Source of the DNA: the human T2T-CHM13v2.0 reference genome, Homo sapiens | Assembly (NCBI RefSeq): GCF_009914755.1 | Contig: NC_060930.1 | Reading direction: 5' to 3' (one strand) | DNA length: 64,000 nt | Part shown: piece after piece, positions 13,195-29,419 of the stretch | Layout of the letters: the number at the start of each line of letters is the position of its first letter | Numbering within the stretch: the stretch's first letter is position 1 | The notes under the pieces: model-generated | What the model was told of the DNA's origin: nothing | Database searches by the model: none | The model's input: only the letters and a program-made list of their open reading frames with translations | Program-made: the position numbers and the translations under genes

Positions 13195-14659
13195 CACACA
13201 TATTTCAGTAATAGTTTCAAAGATATATTCTAAAAAGGCCCAAAGAGGGTGATGGGTTACAATGCCAAAAAGATCAACTTCCACAGAAAGAGTCATTTAT
13301 ATAGCATAAGTGAAAATAAAGATAATTCAGCAAGGCTTGCCCCACTCCTTCCTCTGTGTGCAGAAGTAGTCCTTCTTACTCTTTAAGGGTATTCAAAATC
13401 ATAGGCCTACGACCAGAGTCACTACAAATGAGAAAAATAGCTGGTGCCCACAGTCATATAATGGCATTGTGCATCGCCTCTTAGACAAAATGGTAATAAG
13501 AGATTCAAAACAGTGGGCAAGGAGTGAGGGTGGTTAAAGAGGTATCAGGAAGGAGAAAGCAAGGGCATATTTTATCCAGTCTACACATAATTCCTTAGAA
13601 GGTATACTATTGCTAATTGACATCCAAGAAAGCTGAATTCTCCAGTCTTGAGTCCCTTTAATAACCTCAGGGATTCTACAATTGGGAAGTCAACTCCTGC
13701 TAAATAAATCATTCATCTAGCTTGTCAATTCAAGATCTTCAGAGAAAACCTTCATAAAGCAGTGTTACATGAATTGCTTATTTGCTCCTCCCCACAAATT
13801 ACCTCTTTCCTTCCCCAATTTGAGATGGAATGATTATAGCTTAGATGAAAGTTAGATCATTTCTGAATAAATAAAATAAAGGAACAAGATTGTCTCTACC
13901 AAATGAAAAGAAGTGTAAGGGATAGCAACGTTGAACCAGGAAGAGTACAGAGTCCCAGGGTTTTTAAATCAACAGCTGGTTATAAAGTAAGCTAGAGACT
14001 TTCAGAGATGTCCAGAGGCAGCACTATTAAAAAGGGGTAGGGCCAATGTTTCCAGTTCACAAATTGTGAGACCACTTTATAGGATCATATTTTCCAAGGA
14101 TGTTTTTAAAAAACATTTACTGAGTGTGTACTTTGTACCACTAACAAGTTGATGATTTTTAAAATGCTGAAAAGAATCCAGCAAAAATTCTTTGTTAAAC
14201 TAAAAGAATCCTAAACCTTTGAAAAATAAAAATTTTAATTCCATGCACAACTCAAGCTAAAACCAAATTCATCTTATTTACTTTGATAAGGGAGGCAAAA
14301 CTTTAACAAAAGGAAGTACTGTTTTTTGTTTGTAAAAACAAAAAGATAAAATGTTTTTATGGGTTTAAGAACACTCTGGAATCCGAGTAGATTCTCCAAA
14401 TACAGGTAAGAATTCAATTTAAGTGTGAGGTATTTGTAACAAATTACCAGGTGTCCTCACCAATTTACAAACTGGTATAATCATCAAAATTTACACATGG
14501 ACATCACTGCTATTTTCAAAACTATAACCATTTGCTTCAAATGGATATGAATGAGTGCCAGAAAGACAAGACTCCGTGTTTAAGTTCTAAAGGAGATTGA
14601 GTCCCTCAGTGCCTGCAGATAAAAGATCATGGGTCTAGGTATCACAGAACTGCTCAAAT

Positions 14660-14960
14660 GAGCAGTAGTTTTCAACGTTCATTTATGTTGTACCATATGT
14701 CAAAATTTCCTTCCTTTTTAAGATTGAATAATATTCCATTATATGTATATACCACATGTTGTTCAGCCAATGATCTGTTGATAAATATGTGGGTTGCTTC
14801 CACCTTTTGGCTACTAAGAATAATGCTACCATGAACATGGGTATATAAACACCTCTTCAAGATCCCGCTTTCAGTTCTTTTGGGTATATATCCAGTAGTG
14901 GAATTGCTGGATCATGTGGTAATTTTATTTTTAATGTTTTGGGGAGCTGCCGTATTATTA
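14660..14960 (-). mobile_element. L1MB-type fragment
   Basis: gaataatattccattatatgtatataccacat...ggaattgctggatcatgtggtaa. Confidence 0.8.
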
Positions 14961-15534
14961 AAATTTGCTGATTTTTAAGGGCTAATTTAGTGAAATGTTA
15001 CAAATTTTGGTTTGTGCACCTAAGATTTCATGCTAGCCAGATCCCAATCTAGAAAATAATAGATGCACTGAGGCAGAGTAAGGGTTTCAAGCATCACATA
15101 TGTGTGTTCTGTATTCAGTGAGATAGTGAAGGAGTAAGCGTGTAGACAGGTTGCCACAGAGAATAGTCTATTAATGAAAATCCCATCCATAAAGTAACTT
15201 TTCAGCCAATGGTTAAAGATAAAAATACAACTAAATTTTTTGAACAAGAAATAATCTAACATAATCATTACGTTTCAACACAAACTGCATCACCACTAAC
15301 TGATGTGCCTACCAACCTATCAAGAAACATTACTTCTATAATGGATAAAATGAGAACAAAGTCTGTTTGAGTGCAGAAAGGGAAATATCCAAATATCTGA
15401 AGCTTTCTAACCACAGCCAGAACATAGAAAAAAGACACTAAAAATATTTTGGGATTCCAGTGTCCAAAATGCATATACGTTATCCTGGTGGATACAAAAA
15501 ATAAAAGAATATAGCAACCTTTTCCTTTTTTAAA

Positions 15535-16545
<1,011 letters not shown>

Positions 16546-17031
16546 TTGCTTCCTTTAAAAGTAGCATTGTTTAAAGTGAGTGGGGAGTGGCCCAGAACAT
16601 AGAGGAGCTGAGGAAGGGAGTGGAGGAAAGGATCACAAGAAGATAAGCTGAGAGCTGGTGTTATAAAGGAATTTCTAGTGATAAGAGATGGTTCATTAAA
16701 ACAACTTCCTCACTCTACACAAAACAGGTTCATTTCTCCTAAGTCATCAGAGGTGTTTAATGCATCTGCACCACAGCTCATTGACCAGGAGTGTCCAGAC
16801 TTACTCACCACTTACTGAGAGACCCCAAGTGGAAGTATGATCATTTCATAATGCATGAAATAAATCAGAAAATAATTGTTACTAGCATTTCTTATTTTAA
16901 ACCAATGTAAATATTGGCACAGATATTCTCTCAATAAACATTAGTAGGCACGAGAGAAATTCTCATGAGACTTAAAGAAAATTGTAAAAAATAAAAGTGT
17001 TGTTACAATGCTAAAGAAAAGAAAAAGAATT

Positions 17032-17276
17032 GGCCAGGCACAGTGGCTCACGCCTGTGATCCCAGCACTTTGGGGGGCCGAGGTGGGCAGATTACTTGAG
17101 GTCAGGAGTTCAAGACCAGCCTGGCCAACATGGTGAAACCCCATCTCTACTAAAAATATAAAAATTAGCCAGGCATGGTGGCACGTGCCTATAATCCCAG
17201 CTACTCTGGAGGCGGCGGTTGCAGTGAGCTGAGATTGCTCCATTGCACTAAAAAAGCAAAAAAAAAAAGAAAAAAT
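17032..17276 (+). mobile_element. Alu (AluS-like) with right-arm deletions
   Basis: Right arm jumps ggaggc to ggcggttgcag and lacks the terminal ccagcctggg...gtctc. Confidence 0.92.
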
Positions 17277-18179
17277 CAACTTCCTTCTCTCAAAGTGTAA
17301 TGATCATCTTCTCTTGAAAAAAATACTAAAATTTTTCATTCTTAGTACAACAAAATAGTACTTGTGATTTAAAACAATGGATATAAATCTTATTACAATT
17401 AAATGCTATGACTAGATTCTAAATATCCTTTCAAATGATACTTCAGACATAGATTTTTAAAGTACTTTCATAGCTCCCATTACTTTTCCAGGAGCTTAAA
17501 TTAAAACAAAAAAAAATTTTTTTCTACGATTTCTTCCTGAGAATTTGCCACCAAAGAGAAACTGCAGTCTTCAACAAAGAGCAGCAGATTAAAATAAAAC
17601 TTGTGCAGCTGTACTTTCTAGATGGCCAAAGAATCAACCTAAGTGAAACTAAACATATGACAAGAATAGCATTCTAAAACTGTCTTTGCCCTGTGAAAAC
17701 AGAGAAATGCTTTGTTTTTATTTCACTTGGCTAATCCTTACATGATATATTATTTTAAATATCTCTTGTTCTGCTTCTTTCATGGCAGTTTTCCTATCTG
17801 TTGGTCAATGGCAGGAATAAGGGTTACATCTTTAACTAATTGACCAGAAATGAATAAAACTAAAAATACACACACACACCAACTCTTTTCGGTAGCATAG
17901 GACCTGAGGAACTTTCAGGGCTCAGAGGAAATTGCTAGACTGCCAAATATGCTTCCTATCCCAGATATTTCTGTCCTCTGCAACCAGACACATGACCTAC
18001 CAGGCTAGGAATAGTCTAAATAAGAAAACAGCAAAAGTTTAAGTTAATAGAAAGGAGAAGGGAAAAGAAAAAAAGAAGGATGTTACCTAGGAAAACTCAG
18101 GAGGCATAGCTGATAGGCTTTTCTAAATGAACACACTCAGCAGGAATATATGATATAATTTTAACTAGAAGTAACTAAC

Positions 18180-18730
<551 letters not shown>

Positions 18731-19049
18731 TACAAGATAAATGAGCACAGTTTAGACATCATTAGCCTTTTTAAGGAACTACTTCAATCAAATGCCAATA
18801 ACACTCCTAGACAAAGGCTAGCTTAAAACAATAAGCCAGTTTATTTGTCCCGGACATATGTGTGGTAAGATTAGCTTTATCTCTTTCTCTCAAATGTAAG
18901 TTTGCTTCATTTAAAAATACTTCCCTAGGAAAGAATGGGCACAAAATTAAACCACCAGATACTAGCAGGAGCAAGAGCAAAAAAATGTAGAAAGTAAAAA
19001 ATCTCCAACATAATAGGGCCTGCTTAAATAAACTTAATCTATCTAGGTG

Positions 19050-19358
19050 ATCTAGGTGTGGCAGCTCACACCTATAATCCCAACCCTTTGGGAGGCCAAG
19101 GTGGGAGAATCGTTTGAACCCAGGAGTTCAAGACCAGCCTGGGCAACATGGCAAAACCCCATCTCTACAAAAAAGAGAAAAATTAGCTGGGTGAGGTAGC
19201 ATGCATCTGTAGTCCCAGCTACTCAGGAGGCTGAGGAGGGAGGATCACTTGAACGCAGGAGGTCATGGCTGCAGTGAGCTGTGATCACGACACTGCATTC
19301 CAGCCTGGGTGACAGAGCGAGATCCTGTCTAAATAAATAAATAAATACATACATACAT
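19050..19358 (+). mobile_element. Alu (AluJ-like)
   Basis: Dimer with (TAAA)/(TACA) tail; TSD aaacttaa. Confidence 0.93.
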
Positions 19359-20605
19359 AAACTTAACCCAAAGAAAAATGAAAAGAGCTAAATAAAATAA
19401 TTCCTTCATCAAATGCTAATATGGGTTGCAAATAGCAGCAAATCAAAATGTCTAATTAAAAATGAGTTACAACATTTTATGATGTACTAATTAAAGGGGT
19501 AAATCTGGAGGAAAATTAAGGAGGGGCTTAAGGATTGCTCCAGGTAAAGGATTGCTCTAGGATAAAAAAACAGACTTAGGACAAGTAGGGGCAAATCTCT
19601 TAGAACTGTTTCAGAGTATTCTGGAAAGGGATATACCTGTCAATCACCAGCACAATGCCTGGCATGTAGTAGGTATGTTTGCTCAATGAAGTTCTGCAGA
19701 TTTCTCAAAGAAAGCCACACATGCTTTAAATACTCAGAATGCAAAATACTACTGACTTTTTTGCATGAAATATGGGTTAGAGATACTCATATAACAATTG
19801 CTAAGTCATTAGTAATATGGTTAAGGATTCTAGAGCTCAATGTCCCAAGGTTGGCTCAGATTTGGGAACTGGAAGACAGAGCTGAGAAAAAGCCACATGA
19901 AGCTAGCTGGAAGTTTCACAAAGGAAATGGATGATGGCAAGCTCAGCATGCGATTCACTGAACTGTGGGATGCTTTTCAAAGAATCACACAGTGTAAAAT
20001 CACTTGGCCTTGCAAAAAGCATTTTAGGCAAACTTCTTTGGATGGAGGAAATGCCTTTATAGCAGTAAGCTCCTATTACTGGAGAGAATGACATCGAGAC
20101 AGGTTGAATTTTGTAGACAAACATAGTAAGTTTCTCCTCCTTTTCTCCCATCTTAGTTTAAATCATACCCTAGTGAAAGAGGAAGGCAACTATTTGGGTA
20201 TACTCAGAATTTCTCAGAGCACTTTCAAGTAGGAAGTGTACTTTTAGTTGGGAGACTGGTGGGCACCATGAAGCTCCCAAAAGTGACAAAGCATGGAGGC
20301 TTGACCATACCTTATGCAATCTCCCTTCTCCACGTCGGCGCTAATGACTTCCTATTAACACAGTCTCCTCCGCTACAACCATAACTGAAACTCAGAACTC
20401 AGTGTGAACTTTTTTCCTACTCGTGTCATCAAATTTCTACAGTGAATTCTCGATAAACCTCCCAATTTGACAAGTAATTGATGCATACTAACCAAACATA
20501 TAAAAGTCTTTCACAAATAAAAGCTACTTAAAATGTTTGGATGACAAACCGGTATCCCTGAAATGCTGATGTTAAAATGAAACATTCAGTAAACAAGGGA
20601 GGTAC

Positions 20606-20745
20606 CTTCAGTGACTGCAGAGAGTCCGAGTTAGTATCACAGTAGAGGATGATGTTGTTGGCCATGCTGAAACTTTCTCTCACCCCAAGGTGGTAAAACA
20701 AGGACGGCTGCCGGAAGGCATCGCTCATCTCCACCACCGCAATAT
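20606..20745 (-). CDS. MAP3K5: MAP3K5/ASK1 coding exon 2 (140 nt, phase 1 to 0), thioredoxin-binding region
   Basis: Translation (D)IAVVEMSDAFRQPSLFYHLGVRESFSMANNIILYCDTNSDSLQSLK matches recalled human ASK1. Acceptor TTTGTTTTCTGTTTGCAG|AT (AG at 20747-20746); donor AAG|GTACCT (GT at 20605-20604). Lies inside ORF 20528..20797. Confidence 0.96.
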
Positions 20746-20937
20746 CTGCAAACAGAAAACAAAGTCCCCCAAAGAATGACACCCAAATAATGCCCAATCA
20801 GCACATTTTGGTTTGAATTATCTTAGTATTCAAAAGAGGAAATAAGGAAATGATAGGGATTTTCTCTCTTCATTTATCACTGAATTTTGAATTTGCAGCT
20901 CTACCTGGAAGTGGTTTTATAAAATGTAACAAACCTC

Positions 20938-21234
20938 CTTTTTCTGTTTTTAAGAGACAAGGTCTTGCTCTGTCACCCAGACTGGAGTACAGTGACATGA
21001 TCATGGCTGACTGCAGCCTTGAACTCCTAGGCTCAAATGATCCTCCCACCTCAGTCTCCCTAGTAACTGGGACTACAGGCATGCGGCATCACGCCCAGCT
21101 AATTAAAAAATTTTTTTAGAGACAGGGTCTTCCTATGTTTCCCAGGTTGAACTCAAACTCCCGGCCTCAAATAATCCTCCTGCCTCGGCTTTCCAAAATG
21201 CTGGGATTACAGGTGTGAGCCACCATGCCTGGCC
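20938..21234 (-). mobile_element. Alu (AluJ-like), about 190 bp upstream of exon 2 in the pre-mRNA
   Basis: Reverse Alu; TSD caaacct. Confidence 0.94.
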
Positions 21235-21890
21235 CAAACCTGCATTTTTTTTAAAGAAGAAGGAGATCATGTGATTACTGGAAACCGAGGAGAATTTGCA
21301 ACGGTGGGAAGCAGGGGCTAATGCTCTCTCATAAATTTCAACATTAAAACACGTTAACTAAGGTTCCAAATAAGGAAATTAAAAAAAAAAAAACAGATTC
21401 ATTAAAAAATAGCAGTAACACATATAAAACGAGATTTTTAAAAAATAAATAGGTAAGCTTATTAGTTAATCCAGAACTGGGTTTTAGAGTTAAATAACTG
21501 ATATCTAGTAAGTCCCTGGTAAGTATAATCAAGAACAAAAGAGAGAAAAAAGGTATAGAAAATATAACAAAGGGGAATATAACCACAGATGCAAATCCAT
21601 CCAAGGCTCAAAGATGACCAGTAACAAGGTAGTAGAAATTTGATATCAAAATTTGACAATGTCACAAAAACGAAATTTAGATTAGTCTAAAACTCCTTTA
21701 TGGCTATAAACAAAAATATGAAAGAAAAACTAACAAAATGTACCAAGTGTTATAAGACCTAGATCGTGAGTTTAAAATTTATTTGCAGAATGCAAGGATA
21801 GCTCAATGGAAAAAACTCATCAGCATCTCGAACATGCTCCAAGTGCATTAATTAAAATTCTCAATCCATTTCTCATTAAAAATAATTGCT

Positions 21891-22020
21891 GAGCTGGGCA
21901 CAGTGGCACACACCTGTAATCTCAGCTACTCAGGAGGCTGAGTTGAGAGTATCACCTGAGGCCAGGAGTTTGAGGCCAGCCTGGGCAACAGAGCAAGACC
22001 CCTAGCTTTAAGAAGAATAA
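21891..22020 (+). mobile_element. FLAM (Alu left monomer)
   Basis: agctgggcacagtggcacacacctgtaatc...cagcctgggcaacagagcaagaccc. Confidence 0.85.
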
Positions 22021-22809
22021 AAATTTTAAATTAAAAAATAATAACTTCAAATTAAAAATATAAGGGCATTTCCTTAACATAGAGAATATATGTTTCATAA
22101 CAACTTCCAACTTTGTGCATCTAGGTATTCCCATGAAAATCAGAAATAAAGGCTGTCATCTATTCCCACAACTTACTATATAATGGCTTTCTGAAAATCC
22201 CAGCCACTGCAATAAGATTTCTAGAAAGTAAGAAGATATAATTCTAGAAAATAAAATAGATAATTATCTCTATTTGCAGATGTTGTGGATGTCAACCAAA
22301 TACCCCAACAGACTTAGCTGAATAGCTATTAGAAGTAATAATACAATTTAGTAAGGCATCAAGATGCAAAACTATTATGAAAACAAAGAGCTTCCTTTGC
22401 AATTGCAATAAACATTTAGGAAATATAAAACAGAAGCCATTCATAATTACAATGAGAATGTTAATATATAACAAATTTAAAAGAAGATAATTTCTTAAAA
22501 ATATATGCAATATGTGAGAGATGAAAGGTTAATATCTTTATAAATCATCTCTTATGATCAATTTAAAATAACTCAGCAATGATAAAAACATTACATTAGA
22601 CAATCACGCTATAGACATCAACAAGCAAATTCATGGAAATTTAAAATGGTAAATAAATATATGAGAAATTACTCTCCATCTTGCTTCTAATAAATGCACA
22701 TTAAACCAACTATAAAATGCCAATTGTTTTGCCTAAGATGTGGGCAAAGTAAAGGAGTCAATGAAAATGCAGAGAAATGACACTCTTTTATGCTGTGGGA
22801 AGTGTAAAC

Positions 22810-23145
22810 TTTCTTTTCTTTTTTTTTTCCTTTTTTTTTTTTTTTTTTTTAAGGCAGACAGTTCTCAGTTTGTTGCCCATACTAGAGTGCAGTGACAAAA
22901 TCATAGCTCACTATATATGCACAGCCTCAAAATTCTGGGCTCAAGCGATCCTTCAGCCTCAGCCTCCTGAGTAGCTGGGACTACAGGCATGTGTCACCAT
23001 GCCTGGCTAATTTTTTAAAATTTTTTGTAAACACAGGTGTCACTATGCTGCACGGGCTGGTCTCAAACTCCTGACCTCAAGCAATCCTTCTGCCTCAGCC
23101 ACCTAAAGTGCTGGGATTACAGGCATGAGCCACCACACCCCAGCC
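22810..23145 (-). mobile_element. Alu (AluJ-like)
   Basis: Reverse Alu; TSD aagtgtaaactttct. Confidence 0.93.
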
Positions 23146-24354
23146 AAGTGTAAACTTTCTAGAAGGCTTAAATCCTAAAAATTATGTACACTCTGACCCA
23201 ATAATTCCATTCCTTGGAATTTACTCTGAGAAAATTATTATAAATGTGAATAGATTTACCCGTCCATTGAAAAAATATTTTTTACAATAAAATAATGGAA
23301 AATGTCTAAATACCTATCAGTAAGAAAATGTTTATATATGTGTGTATGTGTATATATGTAATAATGATATATATGTATATAATAATTTCAAATAATGGGA
23401 TATCATGAAACCAAAGAAAAAGAAAAAAGTAGAATAAGACTTAGCAACAGGGGATAAATCCAAACTATATCAAGTAAAAATAAAAAGTAAAATATAATAT
23501 ACATACTGCCAGGTATAGCATATACATTAAAAATATAATGTATACATTATAATGAGTGCATTATGATGTTTACATTCATGTATATATCCATGTGCATAAA
23601 AAATACCTGAAAAGTTGTACACCAACTTTTGTTGGTAATAGCTGTGTTATAGGGATTATGAATTATTTTATTTTTCTATTTTATATCTTCTATATTTCCC
23701 ACGATTTCTATTATGAACATTGATTACTTTCACAATTTAGGAATCTATCAAAATATAAAATGAACAACATTCAAGACCTGTGTGATGGAATATAAAACCA
23801 AAGTGCAGCACATAAAAATACTGCAGATGCTTGAGAAGCTGTTTGGTGCAAAGTCCACCTTGTCTAATGAGCATGAAATTAGCATTAAACTTTGGTGAAT
23901 GAGAAATCAATCAGATGAAATGGAGGTAAAAGACACAGAAGTTTATGAAATGGGAAGACAGGTCAAAGGAGCTTCAGAAGTTTTTTTTCCCCCCTCAAGG
24001 CTAAAAATGACTTAAGGGCTCTTTAATACAAATAAAGAGTTTTCTTTTGGGGTCCTCAACATTTCTGCATCAAAAATCAACACATGACAAAAGTGAGTCA
24101 TTGCATCCTACCCACACAGCCCAGCTGCCTCCTGCACCCACACAGCTTCCTCCTCCCACAGGTGCCAGCCACTCAGCAGTCAATCACATTGCTTTAAAAT
24201 CAAGAAGCTGTGTAATGTGGGGCTGGAAGAAACCAAATAAAACACTTACTGATGAAAAATAAGAGACATGCAAAGAAAAATACTAGCTAAGTTAAAGTAA
24301 TGAAAGGAGGGGATAAATTTTTCCAGAGAACTGACATGTGGAATTAGATGCTAA

Positions 24355-24716
<362 letters not shown>

Positions 24717-24924
24717 TAAATGGTGCAAGCAAAGTAAGGTATATTTATTACCTCTAAACATCTAAACAGGAACAGATCCATTTCTGGATGCTATAAAGAA
24801 CACTGAAAGGTGCTTATTGGTATAATTTTAAAATACAGTAATACAGTATGGTAACTCAGAAAAAGGTTGGCTTTTTTCTATTTCAAATTCAAATAAGTGA
24901 CTTGTTCTAAGACATTTCTATTCT

Positions 24925-27175
24925 TTCCTAAATTTACTTTTTAATTGTCATAGAGCAAAATTCATTCTCTTTGTCTCTGATGTACAGTCTAATGGGCTTT
25001 GAAAAATGCGTACATACCACCATAGTCATGATACAAAATAGATCCTTCACTCCAAAAATCTCCCTCATGCTGCCCTTTTGAGGTTAGTCTTCCCCACACC
25101 CCAAATCCCAGTCCCTGGCAACCACTGATTTATTTACTGTCCCTAAAGTTTTACCTTTCCCAGAAAGTCATATAAATGGAATCATACAGTATGTAGCCTT
25201 TTGGGTTTGGCTTCTTTGACTTAGCAAAATGCATGTGAGATTCATCCATAGATGTCCATTCACAGGTTTGAGGACATTCAGGTTGTCTCCAGGTTGAGCA
25301 ATTTTGAATAAAGTTGCTATTCATGTACAAGTCTTTATATAGACACATGCTTTCATTTGTCTTGAGTAAAGACCTAGGAGTAGGATTACTGGGTCATAGG
25401 TAAGGGTATGTTTACCTTAATAAGAAAATGCCAAGCTCTCCCAAAGTGACTCAAACATTTTGCATTCCCGCCAGCAAAGTATGAGGAGCATCTCAGCCGT
25501 CCAACATCTTTGTCAGCGCTTGGTATTGTCCGTTTTTCTTCTAAAGCCAGTCTAATAGGTATGTAGTGGTACTTCGTTATGGTTTTAATTTGTATTTCCC
25601 TAATGACTAATGAGGTTGAGCATCTTTTCATGTGCTTATTTGCTATCTGTATATCTTATTTGGTTAAGTACTCAATGCTTTTGCCCATTTAAAAATTATT
25701 GTTGAGTTTGTTTTCTTATTGTTGAGGTTTGAATGTTCTTTATATTTTCTGAATATTGTTCCTCTGTCGGATATGCAATTTGCAGATACTGTCAGATAAT
25801 GACTTGTCTTTTCATTCTCTTAAGTGTGTCTTTACAAGAGAATTTAAATTTAATTAAGTCCAGTTCATCAACTTTTTATTTAATGGATTGTGCTTCAGGT
25901 GTGGTATTGAAAAAAATCTTTGCGTAACCCAAGGTCACAAAAGTTTTCTTTTATGGTTTCTTCTAGAAGTTTTATAGCTTTATGTTAAATTTAAGTCTAT
26001 GAACCATTTAGAGTTGATTTTTGTATATGGTGTGAGGCATGGGTCAAGATTCATATTTGCTGTAAAGACTGTCCTTTCTCCATTGAATTGCCTCTGCATT
26101 TTCATCAAACATTAACTGGCTACACTTTGGTGGGTTTTCTTCTGGATTCTCTGTTTTATTTCATTAATCTATGTGTTTATCTTTTGTCAACACAACAATT
26201 GTTTGGACTGCTGGAGCTTTAAGGTAGCTACTAAAATCAGGTAGGTCAACTCTATTCTGGTTTTCAACTCTATTCTGTTTTCAAATTTGTTTTGGCTGTT
26301 TTAGTTGTTCTCTTTGCTTTCCTACGTAAATTTGAGAATCAGCTGGCTGTTGATATCTATCAATTGATAGCTACAAAAAAATCCTGGGATTTTGATTGGA
26401 ATTGTGTTGCATCTAAAAAATCACTTTAGAAAGAACTGACATCTTAACAATATTGAGTCTTTCAATCCATGAATATAGAATATCTCACCTGTAATCTCAA
26501 CACTTTGGGAGGCCAAAGCAGGTGGCTCACTTGAGGCCAGGAGTTTGAGACCAGCCTGGCCAACATGGTGAAACCCTGTCTCTACTAAAAATACAAAAAT
26601 TAGCCAGGTACGGTGGCACATGCCTATAATCCCAGCTACTTGGGAGGCTGAGGCACAAGCATCACTTGAACCTTGGAGGCAGAGGCTGCAGTGAGCCAAG
26701 ATCACATGACTGCACTCCAGCCTGGGTGACAGAGCAAGACTCTGCCTCAAAAAAAAAAAGAATACGGAATATCTCTCCACTTACTTAGGCCGTCGTTTTT
26801 TAATTAGTATTTCATAATTTTCAACATGTAGATCCTGCACATAGTTTGTTAAATTTATACCTAAATGTTTTCTCTTTTTGGTGCTACTATAGATAGTACT
26901 GTTTTTAAAAATTTCAAATCACAATTGCTCATTGCTAGCATATAAAAATACAATAATTTTTGTAGATTGATCTTGTATCCTGAAATTTAACTGAACTCAG
27001 TTATAACTTCTAGAAGCTTTTTTCATATATATTATTTTATATGTATTATTTTACTTGGACAGTCACGTAATCTGCAACTAGAAGGGATTTTGTTTTTTCC
27101 CTTCCGATTTGTATGCCTTTTGTTTTTTGTTTGTTTTTGCCTTGTTATACTCGCTAGGACTTCCAGTAACACAGC
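24925..27175 (-). mobile_element. L1M (L1MD/ME-like) 3' region, about 2 kb, in sense with MAP3K5
   Basis: cccctggcaaccactgat, ttttaatttgtatttccctaatgactaatgaggttgagcatcttttcatgtgctt; ORF 25386..25631 resembles a decayed L1 ORF2 C-terminus ([16 protein letters not shown]). Confidence 0.85.
26484..26760 (+). mobile_element. Alu (AluS-like), slightly 5'-truncated, inside the L1
   Basis: TSD gaatatagaatatct/gaatacggaatatct. Confidence 0.93.
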
Positions 27176-27419
27176 ACTGTTTAAACAGTAATATTTCATT
27201 ACCTAACTAAAGAAAACATTATCTGTGGCTACTTTCTGACTCTGCTGGGTACCTTCTCAAAAGTAGTAAAATAAACAGATGAAAATTATCTTCCTTGTGA
27301 AATGATCCTAAGACATATTAAAAATACAAATTAAGATGTAATTATAATAAATTAAACAAACACTTGATACTCAAGAATTCCTGAGCCCCATTTATAGGAG
27401 GAACAGTTTATCCATTTCA

Positions 27420-27640
27420 TTTTATAAACATATATTCAGTACTTACTATGTGTCAGACACTATATGCTTTTCAAATATTAACTCAATCTTCCTAATACCC
27501 CTTTGTGATTGGTAGTATTATTTCAGGACACTGAAGCAGAGAATGTATCTGCCAAAGATCAGCTAGAAAGTGTTGCCACCAGAATTCAAACCCAAGCAAT
27601 CCAGCTCTAGAGTCCAAGCTCTTTTAACTCTTCACTGACT
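27420..27640 (-). mobile_element. MIR
   Basis: tacttactatgtgtcagacact...aactcaatcttcctaataccc...gaattcaaacccaagcaatcc. Confidence 0.7.
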
Positions 27641-27834
27641 CACTTCCTAAACTTACAGGAGACAGAAATTCACAAGTTCAGAACACAAGTGAGATGTGAA
27701 AATAGATTTGGGGATCAAATCATACCAGTCTTATTGTATATTTCATGAGTAAATGCACTTAATAATTATCTAATTGAGTTGTTGTAATAATACTGTGAGT
27801 AAAACTGCCACATTTAGAAATTTAAGAAAGTTAG

Positions 27835-28153
<319 letters not shown>

Positions 28154-29419
28154 TCATTTAAAAGTATAGACAAAGACACAAAAATCTCCTACATTTTTAC
28201 CTAAGGTATAATTTGTTTCCTTGTTCTGACTGAGTTAATGTTAAGTGGAGGATAACACAAGGTTTATCAGGGGTTTGTTAAAGCATAATAAAATTTTTAG
28301 GGTAATAACATTAAGCTATTAAGCTTAATTGCATTTTGGTCATCGAATGGCAGTGGCTGGTAGTCTGTGGGGCTTTTAAATTGAATTTTCCCTTCATAAT
28401 AAGGTATCTGTTAGTTAAATATCTCACATGAGTTGCTGCTGCTTGTGAAGAGAAGAGTTGAGGGAAGATGTTAATTGGTATTTTCTGAAATTTGACCTAA
28501 AAGTCATGTCCTGTTAGAGTCTCCTAAAGACTCCAAGTCAGTTTTCTAAAGTTTGGCAAGTAGATAACATCGGGAAACTGCAAAAGTCCTGTTATACAGC
28601 TAGGAATGTTGAAATTTTCAAGAAGGACATAAGAATCATCTATCATCAAGGTCTTGAACTGGTCACAGTTGGGCAATCCCTACTATAAATGACTACTCTT
28701 TTAGCTTCATCAGCCTCCCTTTAATTTCTTGTGTGTTATTTGGTTAATTATACCATGTAAAATGATGCAAATTTATATCAACAGTATATTCTGGTCCATG
28801 ATTTCCTCATCACTAAACTCTAATAAATGTATGCATGGTGATTCAAACATTAATCATTCTCATATTGCCAAAGCAAATTATTCCTAACCTCCCCAACCCA
28901 GCCCTAATTTTCTTATTTGGTGACATTGTATTACACTCAAGTGTTTTGCTGGCTTTCTGTTGTTGTTGTTAATCTGCTAAGTGAGGGCTGGTAGGGAGGT
29001 AATCAGAGGGATATTTTGCACTTCCAGAGGTTGGCCTTAAAAAGAGTTGAGAGCCACTACACTTACAAAAGGAAAGGGAAGAGAGGAAAAGGGAGAAACC
29101 TAGTGTGGAGGGAGGGACAGAACAGAAAAAAAGAGGGAGAGGAAGGAGGAGTGAAACAGAGACAGAGGAGGGTGCAAAACTAAGATGGGTGTTATAATAA
29201 CTAAAGACCCCTTACCCAGGCAATAGCTGCAAGAGCTCAGCTTTAGAGAATGTGAAGGCAGAGAAAGCACACATCCTTCGGAGGTGACCAGACCAGAAGG
29301 TCAGGACCTAGAGCCACAGCTCAATGCCAGGAGGACACACAGCCTCAGTAAAGCACTCTACAGAGCTGAAGAGCTGGAAAGGAAACACTCTCATCTCCAG
29401 AAGAGTAATGAGCATGTAA

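Larger units (their letters stand above)
21340..23760 (+). mobile_element. Highly decayed L1M (ORF2 remnant plus 3' end), interrupted by a FLAM and an Alu
   Basis: A-rich L1 motifs (tctctatttgcagatg, acactctgacccaataattccattccttggaatttac). Confidence 0.65.

Noticed and set aside
20528-20797. 89-aa ORF as a standalone gene
   Set aside because: It is MAP3K5 exon 2 plus in-frame intronic flanks; only 20606-20745 is bounded by splice sites and matches ASK1.
28640-29060. Possible hAT-type element ends (aaagagttgagagccact)
   Set aside because: Similarity too weak to assign without an HMM search.
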